DNA from: Lama guanicoe
Taxonomy: Eukaryota
DNA length: 25,423 nucleotides
Assembly: GCA_013239625.1 (NCBI GenBank)
Contig: MU054096.1
Location: forward strand, 657,098 to 682,520
Reading direction: 5' to 3'
In this document: one piece after another, positions 1 to 11,319 of the stretch
Layout: the number at the start of each line of letters is the position of its first letter
Position numbering within the stretch: position 1 is the first letter of the stretch
Program-made: the position numbers and the translations under genes
The notes under the pieces: generated by a model
Databases searched by the model: none
Told to the model about the DNA's origin: nothing
The model's input: only the letters and a program-made list of their open reading frames with translations

Positions 1-93
1 AAACATCCTCACAGACTCACCTGGAAATAACGTTTAACCAGCTCTCTGGGCGTCTCATGGCCCCATCAAGTTGCCACATAAAGTTAACCATCA
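1..93 (-). mobile_element. MLT2-family (ERVL) LTR, 5' end, cut by the window edge
   Basis: Reverse complement reads TGATGGTTAACTTTATGTGGCAACTTGATGGGGCCATGAGACGCCCAGAGAGCTGGTTAAACGTTATTTCCAGGTGAGTCTGTGAGGATGTTT, resembling the characteristic start of MLT2 LTRs. Confidence 0.8.
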
Positions 94-149
94 AAGCTAA
101 TAACACTGATACTTTAAGTGCTAGTAAAGAAAGTTTAGAAGATGTATAC

Positions 150-1250
150 CCATGACCTCGCCAATAAATTTGACAAGATCAAAATTTAAATAAATCTCTG
201 TTACAAAATACCATGAACAAAGTTCAAAGAGAAGTGACAAATTTGGAGGAAATATTTGTAACGTGTAAATACAACATGGATCAATATCCAAATTATACAA
301 ACCATTTCTACACATCAATAACCAAAGATAAACCACAAGAGAGAAAGACAGACAAGGAACATAAACAAGTCATTTACAGAAATAAAAATACAACCATAAC
401 CCTCAGTAGTAATCAGGAAAGTGCAAATTGCAGTCAATTAAGTAACATTCTTCACCTCCCGGATTAATAGAAACGTTTTAACTTGACAATATCAGGTGCC
501 ACTGACAATGTGAGGGCAGAGCAGCTGAAAGTGGAGCCGAAATTGGGACAGGCAGCTTTGAGGCCAAGTTAGTGGTATTTATTGAAACACAAAAGTACAC
601 ACCTTCTGTGACCCAGTAATTCCCCTTTTACTAACCCCCTTTGTTCCTGTGCAAAAGAAAGCATTTTGATATTGTCAAAAAATTATGACAAAGTCACATA
701 TTTACGACATGTTTTTATTTTCCATTAAGTAAATGTCCCGAGTTTCCAGTCATCACCTATAAATTTCAGTCGGCAGGTGTCATTTTTAATGCATTAATAC
801 ATTTATAGGTTTTGCATGATTATTATGTAAGGAACTACATTTAAAGTTACAAGAGTTTAATAGCATTATTTATAAGCAGGAAACAACCTAAACAATCATT
901 CATAATTGAGGTACTAAGCAAAATGGACTGTAGTCGCAGTTAAAAGCACGGGGCTAGGTTGGCATGTATTAACATGAACTGGTCTCCAGAACAGTTGTTG
1001 AGTGGAAGAGAACACGGTAGAGTGTTACAGACAGCGGAAGATGATTTAAGCTAAGCAAATGCATGCAAAACAATACTAGAAATTATTGCGATTCTGTAAA
1101 TAGTGGCGTGTAAATGCAAAGAACATGGTCTGGAAGGACCTTTACGAAGCTGCTAACAGGGGTGACCTAGAGAGGTATTGAGGGTAGGAGCAGAAATCAA
1201 AGCAGAATTAAAAGGAACTTAAGCCCCATCTGAATATTTTAATTTCTATC
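150..1250 (+). mobile_element. Old degenerate L1 (L1M/L1ME-like) ORF2 3' region and 3' UTR fragments
   Basis: A-rich sequence with L1-like blocks (accatgaacaaagttcaaaga, gaggaaatatttgtaac, gtaatcaggaaagtgcaaatt, tgacccagtaattccc, ggaaacaacctaaac). No intact frame; the 630-850 part is unassigned. Confidence 0.55.
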
Positions 1251-1266
1251 AAGACAACACATTATT

Positions 1267-1443
1267 GGGCAGAGGGTATAGCGCAGGCGATAGAGCGCAT
1301 GCTTAGCATGCACAGGGTCCTGGGCTCAGCCCCCAGTATCTCCTCTGAAAATAAACAAACCTCTAAAAATTAGTAAACTCACCCCTCACCAAAATGAAAA
1401 TAATTAAGTAATAGAACAATAAATAAATAAATGATTTTTAAAA
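1267..1443 (+). mobile_element. tRNA-Ala-derived SINE (Vic-1-like), diverged copy with long AT-rich tail
   Basis: gagggtatagcgcaggcgatagagcgcatgcttagcatgcacagggtcctgggctcagcccccagt is homologous to the four other copies in the window; followed by an A-rich tail with (TAAA)n. Confidence 0.85.
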
Positions 1444-2793
1444 GGCAAGATGTTATATGTAAAAAGTAAAAAAATCATTAAAAAAAATTAACCACTGAAT
1501 TTTTTATTTCAACATTTTTGAAGAAGTAAATCATTACTAGTAACAAGATGGCATATCCACATTATATTTTTAAGTGAACAGAATAAATTGTAGGTTCCAG
1601 CGCGTAGTACAGCTTCATTCAGGGAAAGAAAGAGAAACTGTTCCATAGATACAAGCTGTATTTAAATGGGAACCATGTGCGGATGGTTAGATCCCACAAA
1701 CTGTTGGTGATGATGACTTTGTCAGGGAAGGGACCGAAGGTGAGAGGCAGAGGGCAGGGAAAGACTTTTACCTTTTTAAAAATATGCTTCTGTCGAGTTT
1801 CCATTTCTATAAGGAGCATGTACTAACCTTATCAGAAAAATTCTGATTTGAAAAGTTAATTCTGGGTTGGTCTACTTGGCTAGTTATGAAACATCCTGAA
1901 TTTCACACCTAAACCATGGTCTATTTGCAGTCCCACTTTTGTTTAAGTGATGGAAATATTTGTATATACAAGGACTGGCTTGAAGTTCACCAGTTGAGTC
2001 AACAAGAGGACGGCCTCCTCCCATTCCAAGTGCACTGACTGGCCTCCTTCATGGGGAATGAAGAACCCAGAGATGCTCCATTACTCTTCTCTATGGGTAA
2101 GGAAAATGCCCCCTAAAGGGCCACATTGCATTTTATTATCATTATTGGTTTGTAACTCTTTAGGGAAAGGGTGTTGAGCAAATTTGAGTATCTGGACCAA
2201 ATCTTAGGCGAGAATGTGCTGATCCAGACCAAATTACACAGCAAGTCCTGGAAGAGACGGTATTTATTGTCCAATCCCTTTTTTAAATTAACTTAGGTAC
2301 AAAGGGATAAGTGTATAAGTTGATGTTGTTCCCATCCCACCCGTTTGTGCCCCCAAAAAAAGAAAAGAAAAAGATTTTACAAACAGCGTCTGTGTGATGG
2401 TATCAAACATGGTGGGAAAAGCCTCTTCCCTCAGTCATTTCCTGTTTGTCAGTTTTCTATTGAGGTGTCAGGTTTAAATTTGGAACACACAATATGCAGT
2501 GACTTTATCTCAAGCAAAGGAAGAAAAGAAAAAAAGGAAAGAAACAAAACTTCAGACTACCCAGCTGAAAACAAAATATAATCTAATATATAAGGTCATG
2601 TTACTTCTCCTGGTGATAAAAGCTATTGTGCTATAAAGGCAGTTAATCCGCACGATGCCCTTGAGAGCCATAAACAACTATGACTCTAATGGCTTATGAA
2701 CTGTTAGACTGTGGTTTGGGAACTGCTGACACTGAAAGACTGTAAAATAAGAGTGATGATGAGAAGTGATGGAGTCCAGAATTGGGCTGGTTC

Positions 2794-3079
2794 AAGAGAA
2801 ACAGACTTGCAGACACAGTAAACAAAATTATGGTTACCGAGGGGAAAGGAGGTGGGGAGGGATAAATTTGAAAGTTTGAGATTTGCAAATGTTAGCCACT
2901 ATATATAAAAAAATTTAAAAAAAACAAATTTCTTCTGTAGAGCACAGGGAACTATATTCAATACCTTGTAATAACCTTTAATGAAAAAGAATATGAAAAC
3001 AAATATATGTATATATATGCAGGACTGGGACATGATGCTGGACACCAGAAATGGACACATTGTAACTGACTGTACTTCA
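2794..3079 (+). mobile_element. Lineage-specific L1 3' UTR fragment (5'-truncated)
   Basis: agaaacagacttgcagac...gggagggataaatttg...gcacagggaactatattcaataccttgtaataacc...tgtaactgactgtacttca; homologous to 12674-12904 and, inverted, to 9925-10041, 15866-16639 and 20136-20562. Confidence 0.85.
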
Positions 3080-3235
3080 GAAGTTCCTTCTGAGTAATAC
3101 ACAGGACAAAGGGAGAGGGGGAAACCCTATTAAACCGTTCTAGTGACTGACCCAGAGAACAGCACGTCGCTAAGAGAAATTTCTCAGTGCACGTCTGTCT
3201 CCCACACCCAGATGTCCCAGTACAATGCCAATTTA

Positions 3236-3615
3236 CTTATTTTTAATTGTGATACAATTGACACAGTAAAACTACAGAAACCTTAATGGGATAGCACAAT
3301 CAATGTATCCATCCATGTAACTATCACCCAGACCAAGCTTTACAATATTCCATCACCTTGGAAGAATTTCTTGCAACCTTTTCCAGTCAATTCCTCATCC
3401 CCTAGGGGGAGCCAGCCTCTCCTGCAACTGCTGTTGTCAGTTTAATTTGCATGTTCTTGAACTTAATCGAAACGGCATCAAACAGTAAGGCGTCTTTTAT
3501 GTCTGGCTTCTTTCACTGTTGAATGCCATTTGCCTTGTTCCATTTTGAGATAGAATGAATGAAAACACTGCGAGCATTCTTTACAAGTGGGCATGTGTTT
3601 TCATCTGAGTACAGG
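3236..3615 (-). mobile_element. Old L1 (L1MB/L1ME-like) 3' UTR fragment
   Basis: ttttaattgtgatacaattgaca...catccatgtaactatcacccagaccaag...tccatcacc...tttatgtctggcttctttcact, typical of antisense old L1 3' ends. Confidence 0.65.
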
Positions 3616-3619
3616 TCAC

Positions 3620-4788
3620 CAGGTACAGTTCTGTGGGTCCTGAGACCTAGGAATGAAGGAGAAAAGTTTCTCACCCTAAAACACGAGACAGAGATTGGAT
3701 AACCATACAGACAGCCCCGCACAAAATGAGAGGGGACAGAAAGTACACAGAAGTCAGAGGTCTGTAGCGACTCTGCAATTCACCAGGCACAGGCCACCAA
3801 CCTCTTGATTCGGGCCCACTTCTGCATCCTGTGAGTGGTTTATCCTTGGATCTTGGCTTTGACCTTTGAGCTCTTGATTCCTCCCCCTGAATCATCATTT
3901 GTCTCCCATAAAAAAAAAAAGTCTGTGCTTGCAGCAAGGTAGCTCTCTTAAGCTGCTTTCTGCTTATATAAATTAATTTTTCATACTATCTCTGTCTCTT
4001 TCATTCTACACCAGTTTGATTCCTTTAACAATTTTGTGGGTTTCTTATATCAGTTTATAATAAACTCCAATAAACAAAGCCACACCCACATTTCTTTCTG
4101 AGACAATCCTTTCTACATCTGGGCCACGTGTAAGGCTGGGATGGGACAAAACCTTTAAAATTCTTAAAAGCTTTATTACTTAGTTGAGGGGGGCGTCTAT
4201 AAAAGTCTTCCCTTAAATCTTTCTGAGATCCTAACACAGCATCTTACAGCTACATACTTGAGATATTTACCCCGAGGCCATGTTCCACTGATGCTCTGGA
4301 TTTGGTCTTGCCATTTATTATTTTCAAAATCTTTTACTGGGAGTCACTGGGGATGGAGAAGAGTTTTATTTTCAAGCCCAGCGAGTCCTGGATAGCTTAT
4401 GGTTCCTCTAAATTGACTCAAGTACTTAGCCATTCCTTATTTCATCTCTTTCTCCTGCTAAGTTATCATAATCAGGAGAAGCCCGGCACTTCCTGCATCC
4501 CGCCTGGAAATCTCCACAGCCAAGCCCATGGGTGACTTGTTTTCCAAGTCTCTACAGGCAACGATATTGCCTAACTATGTGCCACCACGTAACAAGGACT
4601 GCTTGTTGCTCATCTTCACATACCCCTTCTGTCACTGCCGTAGACATCCTCAGCAGTGGCCTCCTGAGGGCTTTGAATTTACATTTACAGTATTCTTAAA
4701 GCCTGACCAGCATCCACCCACTGCCCATCCCAAAGCCAGTGCCACATACTTAAGAGTTTTCTTAGGGAGCACCCCTCTCCAGGCACCA
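3620..4788 (-). mobile_element. MaLR (MLT1-type) internal sequence
   Basis: Blocks such as ggataaccatacagacag, ctgtagcgactctgcaattcaccaggcaca and cttggctttgacctttgagctcttgattcc resemble antisense MLT1-int; it ends in gagcacccctctccaggcacca, like the reverse complement of the MaLR internal 5' start. Confidence 0.6.
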
Positions 4789-4789
4789 T

Positions 4790-5300
4790 TGGATGCACGA
4801 GAAATCACATCGACATGTGATGGCTTCAAACAGGAGTCACGTAATTATACTCATTATTTTGTGGGGCAGGGCTCTCCAGAGTGATTCTTCCGCTCCACGT
4901 GACACTGACTGACGTCACTCAGTGGTATTCAGCTGTGGCGAATGGATTGATTTGGAGAGTCCAAGTCAGCCTCGTCCCATGTCTGCCGCACTTTGGTGAG
5001 ATTGTCTGGAAGTCTGGGCTTAACTGCAGTGTCCACACATGCCCTCTCCAGCAGGATGGTCTCAGAACATCCAACTACTTAGAAAGGGCAGACATCAGGT
5101 CTCCCAGAGACTGCGTTCCAAGGGACCAAAGCGGAAGATGCTAAGCTCCTTCTGACCTGGTCTTGGAAGACACACAATATGCCACTTCCGCCACATTCAA
5201 ATAGCTCTGAGTAAGTCACAGGACCTGGGAAGGAAGCCAGAAGGATGGTTCACTGGGGAGACTTGATAGCACATATGGTACGAAAGTAGATGTCATTTGA
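4790..5300 (-). mobile_element. Old MLT1-family LTR (probable 5' LTR of the adjacent internal region)
   Basis: ggcttcaaaca...ctcattattttgtggggcagg...ccacacatgccctctccagc...cacttccgccacattc...aagtcacagg motifs of antisense older MLT1 LTRs. Confidence 0.6.
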
Positions 5301-6770
5301 AGACTGACAAGAATCACTGTAATGTCACTGTTCTTCATCCAACTAGCAAATAACCATGTTCTACTTTTTAGTTATAAGCCTTTTCAGTGTTATGTAGTCT
5401 TAAGTACATTATTTAACATTTCTGTATTTTCTTTGCCTTATTGGTTATACCTCATAATTATATGTGGTGATTTAACTGAGATTTTAAAGTGCTCAGTTGA
5501 ATGTCTAGTGTGTAGTAAATATTAGGCATAATATTATAAATATTTAATATTATTCATCCCTGTTCCTATAAGAATCCTGTTGCAAAGAAATTATTTGTAA
5601 GGTATAATAAACAAACAAACAAACAAAAAACACACACAAAGAAAGTACTGTTAACCAAAATTATTTTATTTTATTGTTGAAGCTTAGATATTATAAATGT
5701 TACTTAGAAATGGTGAACAGAAAACTGGAAGGGCATTGATATGTGTCAATACTGACTTATACTTCTAAAGAGAATGGGTTTACAGATAAATTTCTATCCC
5801 TCAGTCCCTCTTTTCAGTGATGATACTCTGCACATCAAAGCTCACAACTCCCTGAGATAGAAAAATCAAGTCCCCAAGGAGATGGGACCAGACTCTAAAT
5901 TAACAGGTCTCCCCAGTAAAAATAATAATAATAAAAAAAAAGTTCTCATCACAAGGAAAAAAAAAACAGGTCTCCTCATTAGGGTCAGAGAGTAGCTGCA
6001 GAATCAACTTTTATAATTATAGTAATAGTTCTTGTTGTTATTTTGAGTTACTAGCATGCTCAGAGAGCTCAATTTCAGAAGACAAGTCTAAAGTATATGG
6101 TTTTGTCTTTCTGAAGTTACGGCTATATTTAAAATCTGATAAAGAATTTCTGTTCCTTTTTCTAATTCTATGCAAGACGAATTCATTTATAAAAAGCCTC
6201 TACTTCATTCACTCATTTAAAACAGATGGTATGAATCAATCCACTCAGGAAACAAATCTTGTTATAGATAAAGGATCCATTGTTTTACGAAATAAAATTA
6301 AAAGTGTAAATGTGGTTAATGTTTTAAAGATAGGTCAATTGAAAGTACTCCTTGAACTCATTTGACTAAGTATTTTTTTTTTCCAGTTTTTGAAATCACA
6401 CCTGTATTAAGACATGCGCTCTCTCTTCCTCTGTCTGGTAAGCACAAGGTGTGGGAACTTGTGCAATAGATAATTAATCTCTATTGCTATCTATAGTTTC
6501 ATAGTTAGCACTGTCTTAGCAGAAGTGTGAAAACACATTCACACCTTTGAAAATGGATGATTAACTAATCAAATGACAATATGAATGTTAGAATTACAGA
6601 AATGACTGCAAGGCAGAGCTCTTTATGATGATAACGTTCTCTCATTTTTAAGGGTGGATTGTTCAGTGTAATCTGTGGTCCTCAAACATCTAAGCAGATT
6701 CTCAACTTTTTAATTACATGAGTCTTCAAAAAAGAATGAAGCAAATTTCAGATTCTTCCCTAACTAAGCA

Positions 6771-7395
6771 TTTTTTCCAGTTTTATTGAGAAATAATGGA
6801 CACACATCACTGTCTAAGTCTAAGGTGTACAGCACGATGGTGTGATTTACATATATTGTGAAATGATTACCACAATTAGTTCAGTTAACATCCATCTTCT
6901 CATACAATACAAGATGCAATACAAGAAAGGGGGAAAGAAGGAAAAAATTTCTCATTGTGATGTGAACTCCTAGGATTTATACTCTAAGCAACTTCACATG
7001 AATCATACAGCACTGTTAGCTATAGTCATTATGTGGTACATGACATCCCTAGTACTTAGTTATCTTGTCACTGGAAGTTTGCACCTTCCGACCACTTCAT
7101 CCAGTTCACCCTGCCCCCATCTTCCATCTGTGGTCACCATAAGTATGATCTCTATTTCTATAATCTTGCTTTCTTGTTTTTTTAAGATTCCTCATATTAG
7201 TGAGATCTGTCTGGCTTATTTCACTTAGCATGATGCCTTTGAGGTCCATCCATGTTGTTGTGAATGGTAAGATTTCTTCATTTTTTATGGCTGAATAATA
7301 TTCCATTGTAAATACACACCACCACTTTACCCATTCATCCATTGGTGAACACATAGGTTGGTCCCGTGTCTTAGCTATTGTAAATAATACTATGA
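6771..7395 (-). mobile_element. L1 (L1MA9-like) 3' UTR and ORF2 C-terminal remnant
   Basis: ttttttccagttttattgagaaataat...tgtgaaatgattaccacaa...; the ORF at 7106-7465(-) contains ...FTIAKT..QP.C...DEWVK.W...TMEYYSAIK..EI.PF.TTWMDL..IMLSEISQ, the L1 ORF2p C-terminus. Confidence 0.9.
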
Positions 7396-7612
7396 ACCCT
7401 CCCCACTGAATGAACTTTAAATTAAACACAAATTCAAAAAATAAAAACTGAAACTGAATTACCACTTATCTACATTTTTAATTGAAAACATTCTTAAAAT
7501 GAAACAATTTTATTTCTTGGAAAAAAAAAAAAGGAAAACACGGATTCAACAGATAGCAAGCAGGGCTCCTTGCAGGAGACCCTATGACTCAGCAGAAATA
7601 CGTAAGTGTGAA

Positions 7613-7713
7613 GGGGGAGGGTATAGCTCAGTGGTAGAGCGTATGCTTAGCATGCACAGGGTCATGGGTTCAATCCCCAGTCCCTCCATTTGAAAAAAAA
7701 AAAAGTTAAAATA
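7613..7713 (+). mobile_element. tRNA-Ala(AGC)-derived SINE (Vic-1-like), short form with target-site duplication (TSD)
   Basis: ggggagggtatagctcagtggtagagc...ggttcaatccccag (A and B boxes), poly(A), flanked by agaaatacgtaagtg (7594-7608) and agaattacgtaagtg (7714-7728). Confidence 0.92.
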
Positions 7714-8313
7714 AGAATTACGTAAGTGAGTCCTGGCCCCTGTCTGGGCAAGCCCCACAGCCTAGGGAAGGAGAAAGGTTTGAAAACAAATAAGGCGCTC
7801 ACATAAAGCAGAAATGTGAACCGAGGTTGTGGAACTGGCACCACCAGAGTGAGGCGGGAAGGGAGGCTGCGCGGAGCAGGGGGCACACGGGCTGGGCCGG
7901 GAGTGGGCTCCGCGTCCCACTCTCCTCTTAAGACAGTCAGCCTGAGGACGGAGGCTGGACTAGACCGATGGCCTCTGCCGAAGACCAGAAAATCGAAGCC
8001 GAGGGTCGAGTGCCTTGAATGGGAAAATGTGGGTCAGAATTCGATGCGGTGATTAGTAAGAATAATAAGGTCTGGCTGCAGTTTGGAGTCACCAGTGAGG
8101 GCGGGCACCAGCAAGCCCCGGGTGGAGGGGCTACTGTCCATCTTCAAAGTTTCTGAGACCTTTTACGTCAAGATTTCTCTCTCTTCCCCTTCTCTCTTAC
8201 TGGATTAGAGAAATGAAGCGCAATCCTTTAAGACTCTGGAAAGCCCGACAGACCTGCCTAGGGTAGGCTCCTCCAAATCTTTGTGTCTTTACAGTAAACC
8301 CTGGAAAGCGATC

Positions 8314-8705
8314 GGTTGTGGACTGAACTGTGTCCCAAGTTCGTATGTTGACGCCCCCAACCTGACTGCAGTTGGAGGCAGGGCCTAAAAGGGGGCAACA
8401 CAGCGTAAATGAGGTCGGGGGCTGGGGCCTTAATCTGATAGGACTGGTGTGCTCGCAAAAACAGGGAGACACACCGGGAATAATTTACCCCTCTTCTCCC
8501 TCTGCTCTGTGCCCAGGGAGGAGGCCAGGTGAGGACACACCTGAAGGCGTCCCCACACCCCAACCCGGAAGAGAGGTCCCACCAGAAACCAACCCTGGCG
8601 GCACCTTGATCATGGCGTTCCAGCTGCCAGGCCTGTAAGAATACACGCTTCTGCTGTCTAAGCCCCCCTGTGGTTTTGTTTTTGCAGCCTGAGCTGACTA
8701 AGGCA
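8314..8705 (+). mobile_element. MLT1A-like MaLR solo LTR
   Basis: Starts ggttgtggactgaactgtgtcc, contains ggcaccttgatcatggcgttccagc, ends gcagcctgagctgactaaggca; probable 5-bp TSD cgatc (8309-8313) / cggtc (8706-8710). Confidence 0.85.
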
Positions 8706-8710
8706 CGGTC

Positions 8711-8830
8711 ACAGTGGAAAGAATACGGCCTCTGGAACCAGAGAGGTGGATTTTAATCTGAGCTCTGCCACTTCCTAGCTGTCACTCACTTACGCTCTTC
8801 ATTGTGAAATACGGACGAGTGTAATATTGC
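8711..8830 (+). mobile_element. MIR fragment
   Basis: cagtggaaagaatacggcctctggaaccaga...ttttaatctgagctctgccacttcctagctgt resembles the MIR head and core. Confidence 0.6.
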
Positions 8831-8839
8831 CCCTTGGTT

Positions 8840-9035
8840 GACTTATTCAGCAACTGTTTCTCGAGTATGTTGTATGTGCCAGGGACTAAAGAAAAAAGAT
8901 TATACTCTGTCGTGACAACTGGAGTTAAAATCAGACACGGTCCTTTACCTCCTGCATCTTACAACAGAAAGAGGGACAGACAGTCGTGGGCGAATCTCAT
9001 ACATTCATGCTAATTTGTAATTGTGATTAGTGCTT
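8840..9035 (-). mobile_element. L2 3' fragment
   Basis: ttattcagcaactgtttctcgagtatgttgtatgtgccagggact...cagacacggtcctttacctc, an antisense L2 tail pattern. Confidence 0.5.
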
Positions 9036-9044
9036 CCGCTTCTG

Positions 9045-9360
9045 TTAAAGAGAGGTCCTCACCCAGGGCCGTGCCCCTTCCTGGGGCAGCCACCCAGAAA
9101 TGGCTGGCCCCTGCAGGAACAGCCCCCTGCTCCAATTCAGGGCAATTCTGAGGGGCCCTCCCAGGCTCAGACGTGCTCACGGAGCTGGCCGAAGTCTTGT
9201 TAGGACTGCATTACATCACAGCTCAAGCTTCTCTGTCTGCCTAATCCTGGTTCTCTCCCTTCTTTCTTCAAACGTGTGACCCCCAGAGCACTCCCCAGGA
9301 AACTCCCTGTGTGCTGATCTCCACCTCAGAAGTGGCTTCCCAGGGACCCAGCCCAAAGGG
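9045..9360 (+). mobile_element. LTR16-like (ERVL) LTR fragment
   Basis: gggcaattctgaggggcc...agcactccccaggaaactccctgtgtgctgatctccacctcagaagtggcttcccagggacccagcccaaag resembles the LTR16 3' end. Confidence 0.6.
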
Positions 9361-9689
9361 GCAGGTTTGTAGGAAATAAACATGCTCTGAAAGCTGGGAT
9401 GGGAAGTCGGGATTCTTTAGCTGAACCTGAGGAGGGGGCTCTGGGCTCCATTCTTCACCTGTCTGCTCCCAGACTAGGAGCCAGCAGGACATGGAAACAG
9501 GATGGACAGGCAGGTCACATGCTCATTGTCCTGACATCAGCCAGTTGCATATCTTGTCTTGAGGCTTAATAAGTCCAAAGGTCAAGTGTGCTGAGACATG
9601 GCCTGAAACTGGAAGAGATGAAACCATCCTTGTACCTTTGGTGTTACCTGTCCAGAGCTTAAGAATTAGTTGAAAGTAAAAAGACTATG

Positions 9690-10630
9690 ACAGAAAAAGA
9701 CAGAAATAGGTAGAGAGCTGGACAGGATAAATAGCCTCGAAGTAGATCCTACAGAAGAAAGAACTGAAAAGGAAAGGATAGGTTATTAAGTAAATACTTC
9801 TGGGAAAAGAGTGATAGAAAAATGGGTTAATTATTTGGGAAAAAAAGTCAAGGTAGATACTCAGTTCCTACTGTAATAAAATGAATTAAGTAGGAAGGAA
9901 AGAAATAGATGTAAAATAGGAAACTTTTTTTTAATTTTTAAATTTTTTATTGAAGTACAGTCAGTTACAATGTGTCAGCTTCTGGTGTACAGCACAGTGT
10001 CCCAGTCATGCACATACATAACATATATTCATTTTCATATTGAAAAAATTTTTTTGGAATATGTTTTTTAAAAACCAGAAAACAGAAGAAATATAAATGA
10101 TAGGGTGAGGTATCTCTCACTGAGAATTAAATCATGGGATAGACGACAAAGAAAAAATATTCCATATGTGTGTAAGTCTGTCAAGTTATTATTAATAAAA
10201 GTAAAAGAAGAACAACAATTATAATAAATGAATGCCACAAATTAGATAGAGAAGTTAATATTAATCAGTATTAATCAGTAAGAAAAACAGTGATAACCTA
10301 AGTTTAAATGGGAAGGAACATAGAAAATTCATAGACGGACAATTAAAAGGCTGTTAAGCACACAAATACGTATCAGTACTAATAAAAATAAGTTGTAACA
10401 ATATGCCCGTTTGTATCAAATTAGCAAATATACTTAAAATGACTTTCCCTGTGGTTGACAACTTATCCACAGTAATTGACACAATAATTCCACTTCTAGG
10501 ACTTAGCCTTCAGAAATAAACAGAAGTAGAGATGAAAGCTTGATTTTTAGAAAATTTACCTCCGTGTTAATTTTAAAAGAAAAATCAGAGACATCCTGAA
10601 ACTTCAGCAATAGATAAACAGTAAAATAAA
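9690..10630 (+). mobile_element. Very old degenerate L1M ORF2 remnant, interrupted by a younger L1 end
   Basis: A-rich; L1-like blocks aaaggataggttattaagtaaatac, ttatttgggaaaaaa, tatcaaattagcaaa, aataattccacttctagg. Confidence 0.45.
9925..10041 (-). mobile_element. Lineage-specific L1 extreme 3' end (about 115 bp)
   Basis: T-rich tail followed by tattgaagtacagtcagttacaatgtgtc...catatattcattttcatatt, an inverted match to about 2990-3079. Confidence 0.85.
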
Positions 10631-10689
10631 GTGTGGGAGGCAGGCACAGCTCACAACAGAAAAAGAAGAGGCAAATAGTGGACAGGGAA

Positions 10690-10802
10690 GGGGGAGGGTA
10701 CAGCTCAGCGTAGAGCAAGTGCTTAGCATGCACGAGGTCCTGGGTTCAATCCCCAGTTAAAATAAATAAGTAAACCTAATCCTCACCTCCAAAAATTTAA
10801 AA
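10690..10802 (+). mobile_element. tRNA-Ala-derived SINE (Vic-1-like) with TSD
   Basis: ggggagggtacagctcagcgtagagc...gggttcaatccccag...taaacctaat; TSD aaatagtggac(a/t)gg at 10673-10686 and 10803-10816. Confidence 0.92.
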
Positions 10803-11319
10803 AAATAGTGGACTGGAGTCATCCCGTAGACAGGAGCCTGTGTTTCTGTGCCCGGATTTTTAGGTATTTCCAATGGCCTTTTGCATCATTAGGGACAATT
10901 TCATGGTTAGCGAGAGGGTGAGGGCATTCAAGCGGCACCAGAGAAGTTAAGAACGCAGACCCTGGGTCCCATTTCCATTGGTTCCCATTCAGTCCTGTTG
11001 CTGGTACGATCTCCCATGGGACTTCTCTGTCTGAGCGTATCACTGGTGAGAGAGCATTGAAGCTTGACTGCAGTTCTCAACACTTGAGTTTTTCCCCCTT
11101 GCGTCTTTCCCCTCGGCTCCAAATTGTGGTGGCCAAATCCAGCCACTTCAACCAGATTTGTAGTTCATGAGGTTTATCCAACGTCTACTCTACTCAGTAA
11201 AACATTGTCAATCGGGACTCCATTTGGCTTTTTCTTGCTGGATGCCTAATCACTCTTTAAGACTTATTCCAGATATAAGCATTTGTATATAAAGTTTTCT
11301 GGAATTAAACTAATTTCTC

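Noticed and set aside
7106..7465. 119-aa ORF as a host gene
   Set aside because: It is a decayed L1 ORF2p C-terminus; the same applies to 16215-16457.
7616..7688. Functional tRNA-Ala(AGC) gene
   Set aside because: Poly(A) tail, 15-bp TSD, stem mismatches and four related diverged copies in the window indicate a SINE.
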